DNA of 64,000 bases, from contig OZ218952.1 in NCBI GenBank assembly GCA_965112735.1, positions 2,852,001 to 2,916,000 of the forward strand, read 5' to 3'. This DNA comes from Phaeosaccion multiseriatum. Lineage: Eukaryota; Protista; Ochrophyta, other classes. Numbering within the stretch: the first letter of the stretch is position 1; each line of letters starts with the position of its first letter. Shown piece after piece: positions 27,859-40,858 of this stretch. The notes under the pieces were generated by a model. It was not told where the DNA came from, made no database searches, and was given only the letters and a program-made list of their open reading frames with translations. A program made the position numbers and the translations under genes.

Positions 27859-30500
27859 ATGGGGAATCGAGAGGAGCGGAGGGAGAAGGGGGGGTTTTAC
27901 GGATGTGCCCAAGGTACAGACTGCGGCAGTGTGGGCAGCAGGATGGGAGCAGCGCCGCGCTTAGACGCCAGCAGCCATGATGGAAAAGGCGGAGAGGAGG
28001 ATGCTCAACATCAGCAAAGGGGGAGAGAGCGGGAGCGGGAGGAGCTTGCCGAGCGGAGTAGGAGGAAGAGGGCGAGGGCCGAAGAGATGCGCGTTCTGAG
28101 AGTCCTGAGACGCAGAGAGAAGCGGCACCGGTACAGCTTAAGGAAGAGAATGAGCCTCAAGGCGTTCCAGGAGGAACAGCAGCAGCACCGGGAGATGGCA
28201 GTGGAGGCGGCCGTAAACGCAGCGGCGGTAGCGGCAGCCGCAGCCTCAGCCGCAGAGCGAGCGACCGCGATGGCAGCAACACACTCAAGCCACCGCTGCG
28301 ATAGTGCTGTCGACAACGCCACACCGCTCTCTTCTCTGGAACATGATGCTGCTGCAGCCACCGCTACTGCGACCGCCGCGGCTGCTACCGCTGCCACTGC
28401 GGCCGCTGCTGCTCTTCGTACCCTGCCGCTGGGGCCGGGTGGCTCCCCGGGGAGGCTGCGTGGCCGAGAGAAAGAAGCGTGCAAGGAGCGGTTACAAGAG
28501 GCCAACAGAGGGAAGGGCCCGCGGCTGCTCATAGACCTTTCCTTCGCCGAGGACCAGAGTCCGCGGGAGAGGAACAGCCTGGTGAAGCAGCTCGGCTACG
28601 CCTACAACACGGTGCTGACCTGCGCCTCCCCGCCGGCCTTTTCCATCTCCTCTTGCAGCGGTGCCATCTCGCCGCTGCTTAAGGTAGGAGGGGTACCTCA
28701 GTAGCTCTGTGTCTGTCTCTGTCGCTCCCCCCCCCTCTCTCTCTGTCTCTCTTTGTCTCTCTCTCTCTCTCTATTTCCCGCCCCCTCCCCTCCCCCTCTC
28801 TCTCTTCATCTCCCTCCCTCCCTCCCTCCCTCCCTTTCTCTTCTATATTTTGCCTGAGATGTACCTGTAGCTTTCTTGTCATGATGTAACTGTAGCTTTC
28901 TTGTCATGCTCCTCTCTCTCATCATTGAACACGCTGACAGACGCCTCTTCTCACACCCTCCCCACATATACATACACCCATTATTATGTATTTTGTATAT
29001 ATATGCACGGGATGATAGGCGCAGGGCGTGGAGGGGTGGGCAGCGCAGAGGCTCGAGAAAGGCTTCATGGAGAGCGGCGCTTTCAACTTGCAAGATGTCG
29101 TGTTTCTCAGGTGAGTGGTCAGCAAGCTGTGCTGTGTGTTGGGGGGGGAGGGGGGTACCCAACTACGTGTAGGCCGAGCAAGCTATGTGAGCAAGCTGTG
29201 CTGTGTGAGCAAGCTGCTATGTGAGCAAGCTGCTGTGTGAGCAAGTTGATGTGTGAGCAGGCTGCTGTGTGAGCAAGCTACTGTGTGAGCAAGCTGCTGT
29301 GTGAGCAAGCTGCTGTGTGAGCAAGCTGCTGTGTGAGCAAGTTGCTGAGGAGGCGGGTGTGTAGGGGTGGGGCAGTGGAAAGAGGGAGAGCGAGGGAGAG
29401 AGAAGCGAGAGAGAGAGGGGGGGGAGAGAGAAGCCGAAAGAGAGGGATAGAGAGAGAAGGGAGAGAGGGGGCGTGGAGGGGGGAAGCGCACCACAGCACT
29501 GCCCAATCCAATGCACGCACGGTGCCGAGGAGTGGAACATTCTGTGGAACATTCTCGAGCCAACCTGCCAGCCTTGTTGGCCAAACTCCACGCCAGCCTT
29601 CCCTCACTCTCTCTCTCTCCCTCCCTCCCTCCCTCCTTCCCTCCCTTCCTCCACCCTCCTCCCCCTCCCTCCTCCCCTCCCTCCCTCCGTCTTCCTCTCT
29701 CACAACAACAAAAAACAAACCAATCCAAACTATCATCACAACATAAACACAACAACACAACAACAGCCCCGACGCGGACGAAGAGCTGGAATCCCTCGAA
29801 GACGGCAAAGTGTACTGCATTGGAGGCATTGTAGACCGAACTGTCCGCAAGCACCAGACACGCAACACGGCCCGTGACCAAGGGATCCGCTGTGTCAAGC
29901 TGCCGTTCCGGCGGTTTCATCCGAGCTCCTCGGCAGATACGGTGCTTAACATAAACACCGTTGTGTCCATCCTCGTGCTCGTGAAGGAGAACGGAGGAGA
30001 CTGGGGCCAGGCCTTCAGACAGGTACGGATATATGGGAATGTGCATATTTATTTTATATATGTACAATTTAATATGTATAATAATTATATGTATGTTTAT
30101 ATAAGGGTCAGGTGGTCAGGCAGATAGATGTACGGCGCAAGCTTACTCAGCGAACGAACGAGCCCAGGCACGGACTCGTGGGAACTGTTCCTTCCTTCCT
30201 TCCTCCCTCCCCCCCTCCCTCCCTCCCTCCCTCCTTGCCTCTCTCTCCCTCCCTCTCTCCCTCCCACTGTCAAGCAACACTGTGAACCTAATATGTTCAG
30301 TCTTCGTCCCCTTTCTCCGTTTGATCTCCTTCCTTCGTCGTTCACGTGCCGTCTACCCTGCTTACCCTATCCGGGCTGTGTACCCTGTCTATCTACCCTC
30401 TCTGCTCTGTAAGGCCGTGCCCAAGCGAAAGCTTACTCCCAGGCACCAGCAGCGCAAGGAGAGAGAAGAGAGCGCATTCGATACAGCAAAGGGCGACTGA
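27859..30500 (+). CDS. TRM10: tRNA (guanine-9-N1) methyltransferase Trm10 family; exons ~27859/27943-28683, 29019-29110, 29767-30022, 30414-30500
   Basis: Trm10 SPOUT motifs LLIDLSF...SLVKQL, VFLSPDADEEL, VYCIGGIVDRT, KLP, VLNINTV, DWGQAF..AVPKRK; exons join in phase. Confidence 0.9.
29176..29346. repeat. 16-bp minisatellite (GTGTGAGCAAGCTGCT)n in a TRM10 intron
   Basis: About 10 near-identical units visible. Confidence 0.92.
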
Positions 30501-30732
30501 CTGAGCGCTGTAGAACCAACTGCTGCGCCTACCGACTGCGTAGGACTGGGCCGAAGAGGACAGCACTAGGTATTGGCCATACGTATGTTACTTAAGCGTA
30601 TATGTAGACTATAGGGTAATGTGGGCATCAAAAAATACCGAATAATACTTGCGACAATGGTGGGTTTCTGCTGCTGAGTGAGGAACACAAAGCACAACCC
30701 CAAAAGCACCCGCCCCCGATGGAAGCAAGCAA

Positions 30733-30936
30733 GAAAAGCTAGTCAACAAAGAAAGAAGCAAAGCTAGTCAACAAAGAAAGAAGCAAAGCTAGTCAACAAA
30801 GAAAGAAAGCAAAGCTAGTCAACAAAGAAAGAAAGCAAAGCTAGTCAACAAAGAAAGAAGCAAAGCTAGTCAACAAAGAAAGAAAGCAAAGCTAGTCAAC
30901 AAAGAAAGAAAGCAAAGCTAGTCAACAAAGAAGCAA
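30733..30936. repeat. 22-23-bp tandem repeat (AAAGCTAGTCAACAAAGAAAGAAGC-like) x~8-9 between the convergent 3' ends of TRM10 and DLEC1
   Basis: Directly visible; units are back-to-back with no unique spacers. Confidence 0.95.
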
Positions 30937-31001
30937 GGGAAAGCTTGCCCCCCCCCCCCAACAAACAAACGAACTAAAACTCTCAACTACTTCGTAGTAC
31001 G

Positions 31002-34000
31002 TTACACCCGGGGGGGCTTACTCGGTCGCAAATGCTCCTCAAACGTGCCCGTACCCTCGAGCACAACTTCAAAGCACTCCCCCTTCTCCACGTGGAAGCG
31101 GAAACGACTTCGATACAGCACCGCCTCCTTGGGGCGAAACGTCACAACAATCGGCCGAGGCAGGCGCCACCCTTCCTTCGACTCGCCCTGACGCCGCAAG
31201 GAGCCCTCCAAAGTGAGTTCGGGTTTGGCCCACGACAGCTCGGTCTGGTGGTGAGTGTCCCCTCTCCACACAGGGGCCGGACTGCGGTTCTTGTCGCTGG
31301 GTAGGCGGGCAGCGGAAGAGGAGAGTGGCAAGGAGGGACCTCGCATCACCCCACCGAGCTCGCTGAAGCTCCATACGCTATCGTCATCCACGACCACAGG
31401 CGGCGACCGGACGGACCCGTCGGCATTCTTCCTCCCCGCCCCCTCCTGCGCGCCCCTCCTTGCCGAGCGATCAAGCAGCTCCTGCGTCATTGGTACGTGA
31501 AGCAACGTCCAATGCGCATCCACTTCCGTCGGGTTGGCAATGTAGATGGACGCCTCACCCTTGTCCTCGGAATGCACAAAGCCAAAGTCATATCTCGCCG
31601 GACTGACGCTGACCATGGGCCGCAGCAGCACCCCGCGCAGGCGAATGCGCTGCTCGTGACCGGTTCGAAACGCCACTCGAAGCTGCCCGACACCCTCTTC
31701 CTTGAGCCGGAGGAGAGAGTCTTGTTGCGACTGCCCCATGCTGTGCTCCGCGGTGAGGGTGGAGCTTAGACTCTTGGTGTACTCGCCGCCCAGCGGTAGA
31801 AAGGCAATGTCCACAGTCACATTGTGCCCGGGCAGCAGCGAAAACACCTCCTGCTCCTCGGAGGAGGAGGACGATGACGACGATGATACTGCAGGAGTTG
31901 GTGATCCAAATCCAACACCCTCTGCCCCCCCCCCTGGACCTACTCCGGAGGCCGCTTGGTCAAAGGACGTAGCAGCGGCGGCGGCGGGGACTGGCGGCGT
32001 CGTGGCAGAGGAGGAACAAGACGCTGGTCTTCGTCTCCGACCGGCCCTAGACCGACTCAACGGGTCCGATTGACCCCCTCCTGGACGCTTCGTGCGTAAG
32101 ACCGCGAAGGGCCCGTCCTCGATGTGCAGAGAGAAGACCATCGGGATGGTGTAGTTGTTGCGTAGGGTCACTTGCTTCACCATCGAGCGATGGAAGCTTC
32201 GGCGAAGTCGCTCTTGAAAGGACATTGTCGTCGTTGTCATCGTTGGTGTCGAGGATGTGGATGGCTGGGGGTGCTGCTGCCTCTGCTGTCTGCTGCTGCT
32301 ACTCCCTCCCTGCTGCCTACCTGATGCCACCGAATCACCAACTGCTGTTGCTTTCAGCGATCGCTTCCACGCCGGACTCTGGAGCGTGGCCAGCAGCAAG
32401 GGCGGCCCGCTGAGCCCCAACAGCTCCGGGGGGGTGTGCAGATGCGCATAACTCAGAGCAAAAGCATCATTCACGCCACCAGTGCTCGTGGGCGCCGTAC
32501 CCGAGCCGCCCTTGCCCTCAGCGCTGCCGTCCCCATTTACGTCCAACTGGTGCTGATTCTGGTCCTGCTGCTGTATCACCAACTGCTGCTGCGGCTGCTC
32601 CTGCTGCTGCTCTTGGTGGAGCGGCGGTGGTGCGTGAATGGACCAGAGGGTGAACTTTAGTGTCTGTGAGCCCCCCGGGTGGATTCGCTTGTCCACAGCC
32701 AGACAGGGCTCAATACCCTTGGCGGACAGGAGCAGTCGGAGGGCCCCTTTGATGTCCTTGACCGGCGCACGCTGCTGCTGCTGCTGCTGCTGCTGCTCCT
32801 TCTGCTGCTGTATCACCAACTGCTGCGGCTTTATTTGCTGAGATTGCGACCTTGTCTTCTGTGGCTGTTGTTCATCACCAGTACTGTTGCTGTCTCGTCC
32901 GGCTCCATCCCCCCCTCCCCCTGCTACTCCTCCCCCTCCTCCGCCTCCTTCTGCTGCTGCGGCTCCTCCTCCTCCTCCTTCCCCTGCTCCTCCTTCTCCT
33001 CCTCCTCCTTCTCCTCCTTCTTCTCCTCCTCCTCCTCCTCCTCCTCCTCCTCCTCCTCCTCCTCCTCCTCCTTCTCCTTCTCCTTCTCCTTCTCCTTCTC
33101 CTTCTCCTCCTCCTTCCTCTTCTCCTCCTCCTCCTGCTCCTCCTCCTCCTCCTCCTCCTCCTCCTCCCCCTTCCCCACTACCTCCTCCTCCTCCTCCTCC
33201 TCCTCCTCCTCCTCTCCCCCTTAGCAATCCACTCCCTTCTCTTTCCAACCCCACTGCCATCCCTTCCCCTGCTGCCTGTCCGCCCTCTTCTGCAACAGCA
33301 CCCCCTCCTCCTCCTACCACCGCTGCAGCCATCCCACTGCCCGACGCCCGCTTCACAAAGTGCGCATCCGCCTCACAGTATGCCTCCATCGCTCCCTCAT
33401 GATGCACGGGCAGCGTAATCTTATACACCGCCTCCGAGCGAGGAGGGATGGTACTTGTCGTCGGCTCAATGACAAACGGGGACTCAAAGTTGTCAGTCTC
33501 GTGATAGCATAGACCCACGTCCACTGCGCCACGCGGTCCCACGCGTACGCTGACGTCGACAAGGGGGGGCACATGGCCGCTGTCTTCCGCAGGGTCCTGG
33601 CACAAAGGGATGTGGGTAAGTCAATGGGTGGGTGGTTTACGATGCGTCAAAGGTGGGTGGACAGAGCATGGATGGATGCATAGGTGGGTGGACAGAGCAT
33701 GGAAAGAGGAGAAGGAGGGGTAGTAATGGAGTTGAAAAGTCTTCAGATTCTTTCAGTTTTCAGTTTTCAGTTGATGTGACCCCCTTGAACTAGAAGTGGG
33801 ATCGACCCCAAAACTTCCACAGGTACTTGATCGATCTCGAAGCTTCTGTGGGTGAAGCACCTTACCTTCATGTTCCACGTGATGACAGCAGGAAGAGTGC
33901 CCGCGTTCTTGATTCGCACCACTCGAGTCGTGTGACCGCCATTCACAAAGACCTGTTGGTGATACAGGGAGGGGGTGGTTGGCGAGCTTGCAACACACAC

Positions 34001-34839
34001 GCCGCAAATACACGCACACGCATCTCACACGCACACATACAAACGTATGCACACGCATGCACACACGCACACACACACACACACTCTCTCACACACACAC
34101 CGACACACACACACACACGCGCGCACGCACGCACGCACGCCCGCACGCACACACATCCTCACCTCTCCAAAGCTGAGCTTGGGCTCCGGACCACCCAAGA
34201 TCATTCCCAGCGCCTCCTTCTTGAGCGCCAAAGGACACCCATCCACTGCCATTGACACGGAGAGAGAGGCAGGGGGCGGGCCTCCGTCCACCAGCACCTG
34301 TTGGGGGATACATAGTACAGAGTTTGAGTTTGGTGTGGATACATAGTAAGGAGTTTGAGTTTGGTGTGAATACATAGTAAGGAGTTTGAGAAAGAGCTAG
34401 AGATTGAGTTTGATACATAGTACAGAGTTTGAGTTTGGTGTGGAATGATGGTCAAGAGTTTGAGTTTGGTGTGGAATGATGGTCAAGAGTTTGAGTTTGG
34501 TGTGGAATGATGGTCAAGAGTGTGAGTTTGGTGTGGAATGATGATCAAGAGTTTGAGTAGTAGGAGAGATGCTTTCGCTTTAGGGGGCTTATTGATACCT
34601 CTCCCTGTCCTTCTACCCTTGTATCTACATACACAACATTACGGAAGTCTCAGATTGGGCTTATTCTACCCCTTTATCTCACACACAACATTACGTAAGT
34701 CTCAGATTGGGCTTATTCTACCCCTTTATCTACACACACAACATTACGTAAGTCTCGGAGTGATGCCCGTAAGCTAATACTTCGAAGTACTACGTACCCC
34801 TTCAGCAGCAAGCAGCAGCATCTCTCCTTCGAACACACA

Positions 34840-34902
<63 letters not shown>

Positions 34903-36438
34903 CACTTACACACCTTGCTCTGAAGCTCGTCCAGGTAGCGGCCAGGGGTGTCGTTGAAGCCTTGAAGTTGAACTTCCACCACTCCCCAGGGGGGGATGGT
35001 GCCTGTGGGACGGGGGGGGGGATGGGTGGGGCAGAGGTGGGCGTTCGGGTGGAGCGGAAGGGCGAGGGAGGGCGGGTTGGGGTGAGGAGGGAGGGGGGTG
35101 GGGGGTGGGGGATGGCTTACCTCTCTCTCGCTCTCCCTGTCCCTCTCTCTCTTCCCCCCTCTTTCTTCCTCCCCCCCCCTCCCTCTCTTCCCCCCTCTTT
35201 CTTCCTCCCCTCCCCTCCCTCCCTTCCTCACTTACCTCTGTCGGGCGTGACGATGAAGGCCGCCCCCCTCCCGTCTTTGAGAGCAAACATGTCCTCTCTA
35301 GCGTGGATCTGCTCCATTGTGCGCTGCTGACCCTGCTTGCTCTGGAACACACCATGCGCCTGTGTGCGTGTTGGTGGTACATAGGGAGGGAGGGAGGGAG
35401 GGAGGGAGGGAGGGAGGGAGGGAGGGAGGGAGGGAGGGAGGGAGGGAGGGAGGGAGGGAGGTGTTTGTGTGTGGGGGGGGGTAGATATGTGTGTATGTGG
35501 ACGGGCGTGCGTGGGTGCGTGGGTGCGTCTGTGTGTATGTGTCTCCACCCCCCCTCTTTCTCCTTACCTCATGCATATTGTCCAGCAACCTCTTGCTGCT
35601 CTTGGTAAGGGTACTGTCGCTGCTGCCATTTGTAAGCGAGTCGTGATGGTGCTGGTGGCTCTGCCTGCTCTTGGCAGAGTGGGCTGTGGTCATCGTCCCC
35701 CGCCGCTCCTCCTCGCCGCTGCCGTTGTTGCTGTTGCTGTTGCTGTTGCCGTTCATCGGCTCCGGGTGGTCGGGGGTGTCTCTGAACTGCGCTATGATGT
35801 GATCGTTTCGAAGCACCTTGGGGGGGGTTCAGAGCAGAACAGCAGCGCCGTTAATTGGGGGTATTTGCATGCACACACACACAAACACACACACACACAA
35901 ACATACACACACACACAAACACGATGTCTCCACCCACCTCCTGGAAGTGTTCTTCGCTCATGGGCGTGGCAATGAGCCGCTTTGGTGCCTTGTAGCCCTT
36001 CAACGTGGCCATGTTGAGTGTAAAGGGGGCTGACACAGCCGACAGATTGCGGATGCACATGCGGAGGGAACGTCGCTCGAGCAGCTGAGGGCGGGGGAGG
36101 GAGGGAGGGAGGGAGGGAGGGAGGGAGGGAGGGAGGGAGGGAGGGAGGGAGGGAGGGAGGGAGGGAGGGAGGGAGGGAGGGAGGGAGGGAGGGAGGGAGG
36201 GAGGGAGGGAGGGAGGGAGGGAGGGAGGGAGGGAGGGAGGGAGGGAGGGAGGGAGGGAGGGAAGGAAGGAGTGAAGGAAGGGAGGAGAGAGGTAGGGGGG
36301 GAGGGAGGGAGGAAATCGCAAGGTGGGGGATGATTACACGTCAGATTCATATGTATTGATATCCAGAGCCTCGGGGCCTCTGCAGAGGCGGATACACGCA
36401 CACGCATGCACACACACGCACACACACGCACACGCACG

Positions 36439-36469
<31 letters not shown>

Positions 36470-37786
36470 ACACAAACACACACACACGCACGCACACACA
36501 CACAAACACACCTGCACCTCGCCGAACTGGAGCTGGGGCAGCGGCGCCTTCTCGGGGAGGGCGTCTTTCCTCTCCCACTGCACACAATGCGGCGGCTGTA
36601 GGGCAGTGGGTGTCTCTTCCCCTTGAGCAAGGACCGTGTAGCTCAGGACCACGTTCTTGTTCTGGGCAGTGAGACTGAAGCCGACCGGGACAGGCATACC
36701 AAAGGCTCTGAGGAAGGAGAGAGGGGAGGAGGGAGGGGAGGGAGGGAGGGAGGGAAAGAGGCGGAGGGAGGGAGGGAGGGAGGGAGGGAGGGAGGGAGGG
36801 AGGGAGGGAGGGAGGGAGGGAGGGAGGGAGGGAGGGAGGGAGGGAGGGGTGAAGTGGGGTGGATTGGATTGAAATGAGATGGTGTGGAAAGCATGTGGAA
36901 TGGCACCGGGACTTGAACGTTAAAAGACCCTTCTTACTCTAACCAACCTTTGACCCTCCTGACACCCCTGATTGGTCCTGACACCACTCCCTGGTTTTCA
37001 GTTTCAGTTCCATTCGACCCCCAATCAATGGCTGGCCCGAAAGGGGCACTACTCCTTGGAGCGTAAGGACAGAAGCTTCGTTCGATCTTCGATATCGCTT
37101 ATCGACTCCATTTATCGCTGTTCGATACACTTGATACGGTCACATAAACCTGAAACTGACTGAAAACTAGACACGGTCCTGACACCCCTGACCCTCCATC
37201 GCACCCCACCTGCAAGCGTACACGTCATCGATATGCCCGGGTTGTTTGGCGGTGTAAGTCACCTCCACAGCACACGCCTCCTTGCCGCTCAGCTCGCCGG
37301 AGGAGGGGTTGAAGTCGATGGAGTAGGCAGAGGTGGGGCCGCCTGGATGGGATGGCAGTGGATAGATGGCAGTGGATAGATGGCAGTGGATGGATGGCAG
37401 TGGATGGATGGCAGTGGATAGATGGCAGTGGATGGATGGCAGTGGATGGATGGCAGTGGATGGATGGCAGTGGATGGATGGCAGTAGATGGATGGCAGTG
37501 GATGGATGGCAGTAGATGGATGGCAGTAGATGGATGGCAGTGGATGGATGGATGGATGGATGGATGGGATGTCAGTGGATGGATGGCAGTGGATGGGACG
37601 GGATGGCAGTGGATGGGATGTCAGTGGATGCATGGCAGTGGATGGGACGGCAGTGGATGGATGGCAGTGGATGGGATGGGATGAGATGGGATGGGAGTCG
37701 ATGGGACGGGGATGGCAGTGGGTGGGGCGGGGGAGGGGATCGGAGGTGATGAGGTTGAGGGGGGGGGCAGGGGACAGAAACAGACA

Positions 37787-37820
<34 letters not shown>

Positions 37821-40800
37821 TACATAGAGATGAACAGAGAGGGAAGGAGAGAGGTAGAGAGATAACGGAAGAGAAAGCCCCACCGCTACCGCTCATCCAT
37901 TGACATAAGTCACCCACACACCCATTGACATAAGTCACCCACACCACACACAACACCCATTCACTGACGACAGCCACACCCACCTGGCCTCTCCCACTTA
38001 AACCTCGTGGCAAGGTTGCTCAAGTTGGTGATGACCACCTCCCTCTTAACCGGTACCCCGACATAGCTCACCCCGAGCTCCACACTGCTCGTGCTGAGAT
38101 AGACCTTGGGCGCCTGCACCTCGCCTCGCACACTCGTAAACTCGCTACCGAACGACAGGCCCAAGGCATCGCTGGACCGACTTGCTACCTCAATATGGCC
38201 CCTGACTCTCTGAGACAACCTCCCTGCGTCACACGTTATTCGAACTTGGAGGGAAGAGTTGGGCGCGAGCTCGGCGTGGGGAGGGTCGAAATGTAACTGT
38301 GCCTCCGCTCCCTCGATGAAGAACGAGTCTGTGCTCACGGTGCTCACCAGAGATGTTCGTCTGCTGCCACCTCCTCCTCCCCCCCCCCCTCCTCCACCTC
38401 TGCCGTCCTTCCCTCCTCCTTCTCCTCCTCCTCCTCCTCCTCCTCTTCCTCCTCCTTCGTCTGTCCCGGCCTCTCCTCCGTCTTCCTTCTTGTTGTGGCT
38501 GATGTCCTTGCCGAGCGCCAAAAACGCAAAAGGATTACTCTCTTCGGAGGCCTCTGACACCTCTCTCAACACACACATCGCTGCCACATCACAAGTGTTG
38601 TGCAGCGTCATTTGCTTCTCCACCTTGCCCCCCACAGCAATTAGTCCGAGGTCAATCTCAGCACAGCTGAGGCGTATCCTCGGAGGGATGCACTGCAAGC
38701 AGACCATCAACACGTTCTCCTCCCCACTATCTCCTCTAGCCGCGGGTACAGCAGTGGGGGCGAGAAGCGGCAGACCCACACACACGGGACCGAGTTGAAA
38801 CGATGTAACCGTCACTTGACACACCAACTCTTCCCCGGGCCGCAAAACACCCTCCTTGGGGCTCACTTCGATCACCACAGCGGGTTGCTGCCGCTGTTCC
38901 ACCAACCGCTGCCCCTGCCCCTGCCCGGGCTGCCCTCCTCGAGCGAAAGAGCTTCCGTGGTCTCCTCGATCATCCTCTCCAGCCTCTGTGTCCGTGGCCG
39001 CTGTCGTTCTTCTCTCGAAGAATTCGCAATCGTCCCAGTCTCCCATCAGTGCTTCTCCTCCCCCTCCCCCCCCTCCTCCTCCTCCTCCTCCTCCTCCTCC
39101 TCCTCTCCCGCCCCCCCTTCCTCGCCCTCCTCCTCCTCCTCCTCCTCCTCCTCCTCCTCCTCCTCCACCCTCTCCTCCTATACCCCACATGCTGAGCACC
39201 GCCCCACCTCCACCTCCCCACCGTCTCCCCCCCCTCGACGCAGGCGCGGGATCGAATCCTAGCACATCCACCCCGCCGTCTCCATACGTCTGAAGCGCCT
39301 CGGCCGCGAAACGGTATGGGGCGGGGCCCTTCAAACTCGTATTCCTCAACACCACCGTCGATGAATACGGCATCCCGTACAACAGCTTGCCAGGCACCTG
39401 CAACAACGGCGGGTCCATTTCAAGACAAACCGCCTCCGCCGCCCCCCTCACCAGCACCTTGAGGTAAGGAAAGTCCCGGAGCGTGGGTGCGAGCAAATCT
39501 TCCATAAGCTGCCCGGACAACTTCCTCTCAATGATGGCTCGGAAAGCCGGCGGAAGGAGACAGGCGAGGTCCTTTAGAGGAACCATCACCTTCCCCCCCT
39601 CCTCCTCCTCCTCCTCCTCCTCCTCCTCCACTGCCTCCTTCCCTGTTGTCCTGGCCTTCTTCTTTGTCAGTAAGAGTTTGCGCTGGTGTGCTTCCGCATA
39701 TGCCTCAAGTGCGCTCAGGCCCTTCAAGAGTTGGGCCATCTCTTCCTCTTGTTCCTCTTCCTCGTACTCTCTTTCCTGCCTCCTCTGCTGCTCCTGTTGT
39801 TGTTGTGCTTCTTCTTCTTCTCGCCTCTTGTGATGTACCGCAACCCCCCGCTCAGCCTGCGTCTCCGGCTCATCGATCATCTCTTCCTGTTGCTGCTGTA
39901 CCACCAACTGTTGCTGCTGCTCGCTTCCCTCGCCATCCCCCTCCTCCGCCACCGCCACCGCCACGGCTTCCGCTGCTGCTGCACGCTGCTGCTGCTCCCT
40001 CCGACATGCCTTTACGCACCCCTTCACTGCCCTCACCAGTGTATCCAGTGCGTACACTCCCTTCCCTCTGGGGTCGGCTTGACGGACCAAGCACTCGAAT
40101 CGACTCATCATTTGCTGCTGCCCCCCCCCCTTCTTCCCCAGAGTAACGGCGCCGTTGTCGCCTTTCACCATTCCCTCCGGTGGCGGCGGCTCTTCTCCTC
40201 CTCCTCCTCCTCCTCCTGCGCCCTCCTCCCCTCCCTCCTGCCCCTCCCCCTCCCCCTCCCTTCCCCCTTCCTCCTCTCCCTCCCCCTCCCCTGCCACTGT
40301 CAGCAGCCGCCCGCAAGGAAGTACCTCCTTCATCGCCGCAAGAGGGGCACGCTCGAGGACAGCCACCAGATGGCACTGGACAGGCTCCACCCCGACAGGA
40401 GCAAAGGTTACCGTGAAAGTCGTCTCCGCCAGGGATGGCAACACACAACTCGAGGGCGAGATGGCAAAGGGGCAGCTGCTGCTGTTGCTGCTGCCAATGT
40501 TGTTGCCATTGCTGCCCCCACCATCGCCCCCGCCTTCTGCTCTCGCCTCAGCCTCTGCTTCCACTGCCCTCCCCCCCCCCTTCTCTTCAATAGGCATCAC
40601 AGCTCGGCCACTTGCACGGCCCGATCCACCCGCCCCCTCCCCCTCCTGCCGCAGCAGTGGTTGCACCTCCCATCGGAAGGGCAGGTCTAGCATCGTGTGG
40701 TTCGTCAGCGCAATGGTTTGGGTCCCCACCCCCCCCAAGTCGACCACAGGGAAGTACAAATCCTCCACCGGAGCCACGGGCACTGGCACAGGCAGCGGCT

Positions 40801-40823
40801 GTGCGGGCGGAGAAGCACCACCC

Positions 40824-40858
<35 letters not shown>

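Noticed and set aside
30733-30936. CRISPR-like appearance of regular repeats (also 23237-23395 and 34308-34560)
   Set aside because: Units are contiguous without unique spacers, no cas genes are present, and the context is eukaryotic.
38023-38034. AGTTGGTGATGA partial motif match
   Set aside because: It lies in a structured DLEC1 domain (VVITNL) with only a 10-nt match; probably coincidental.
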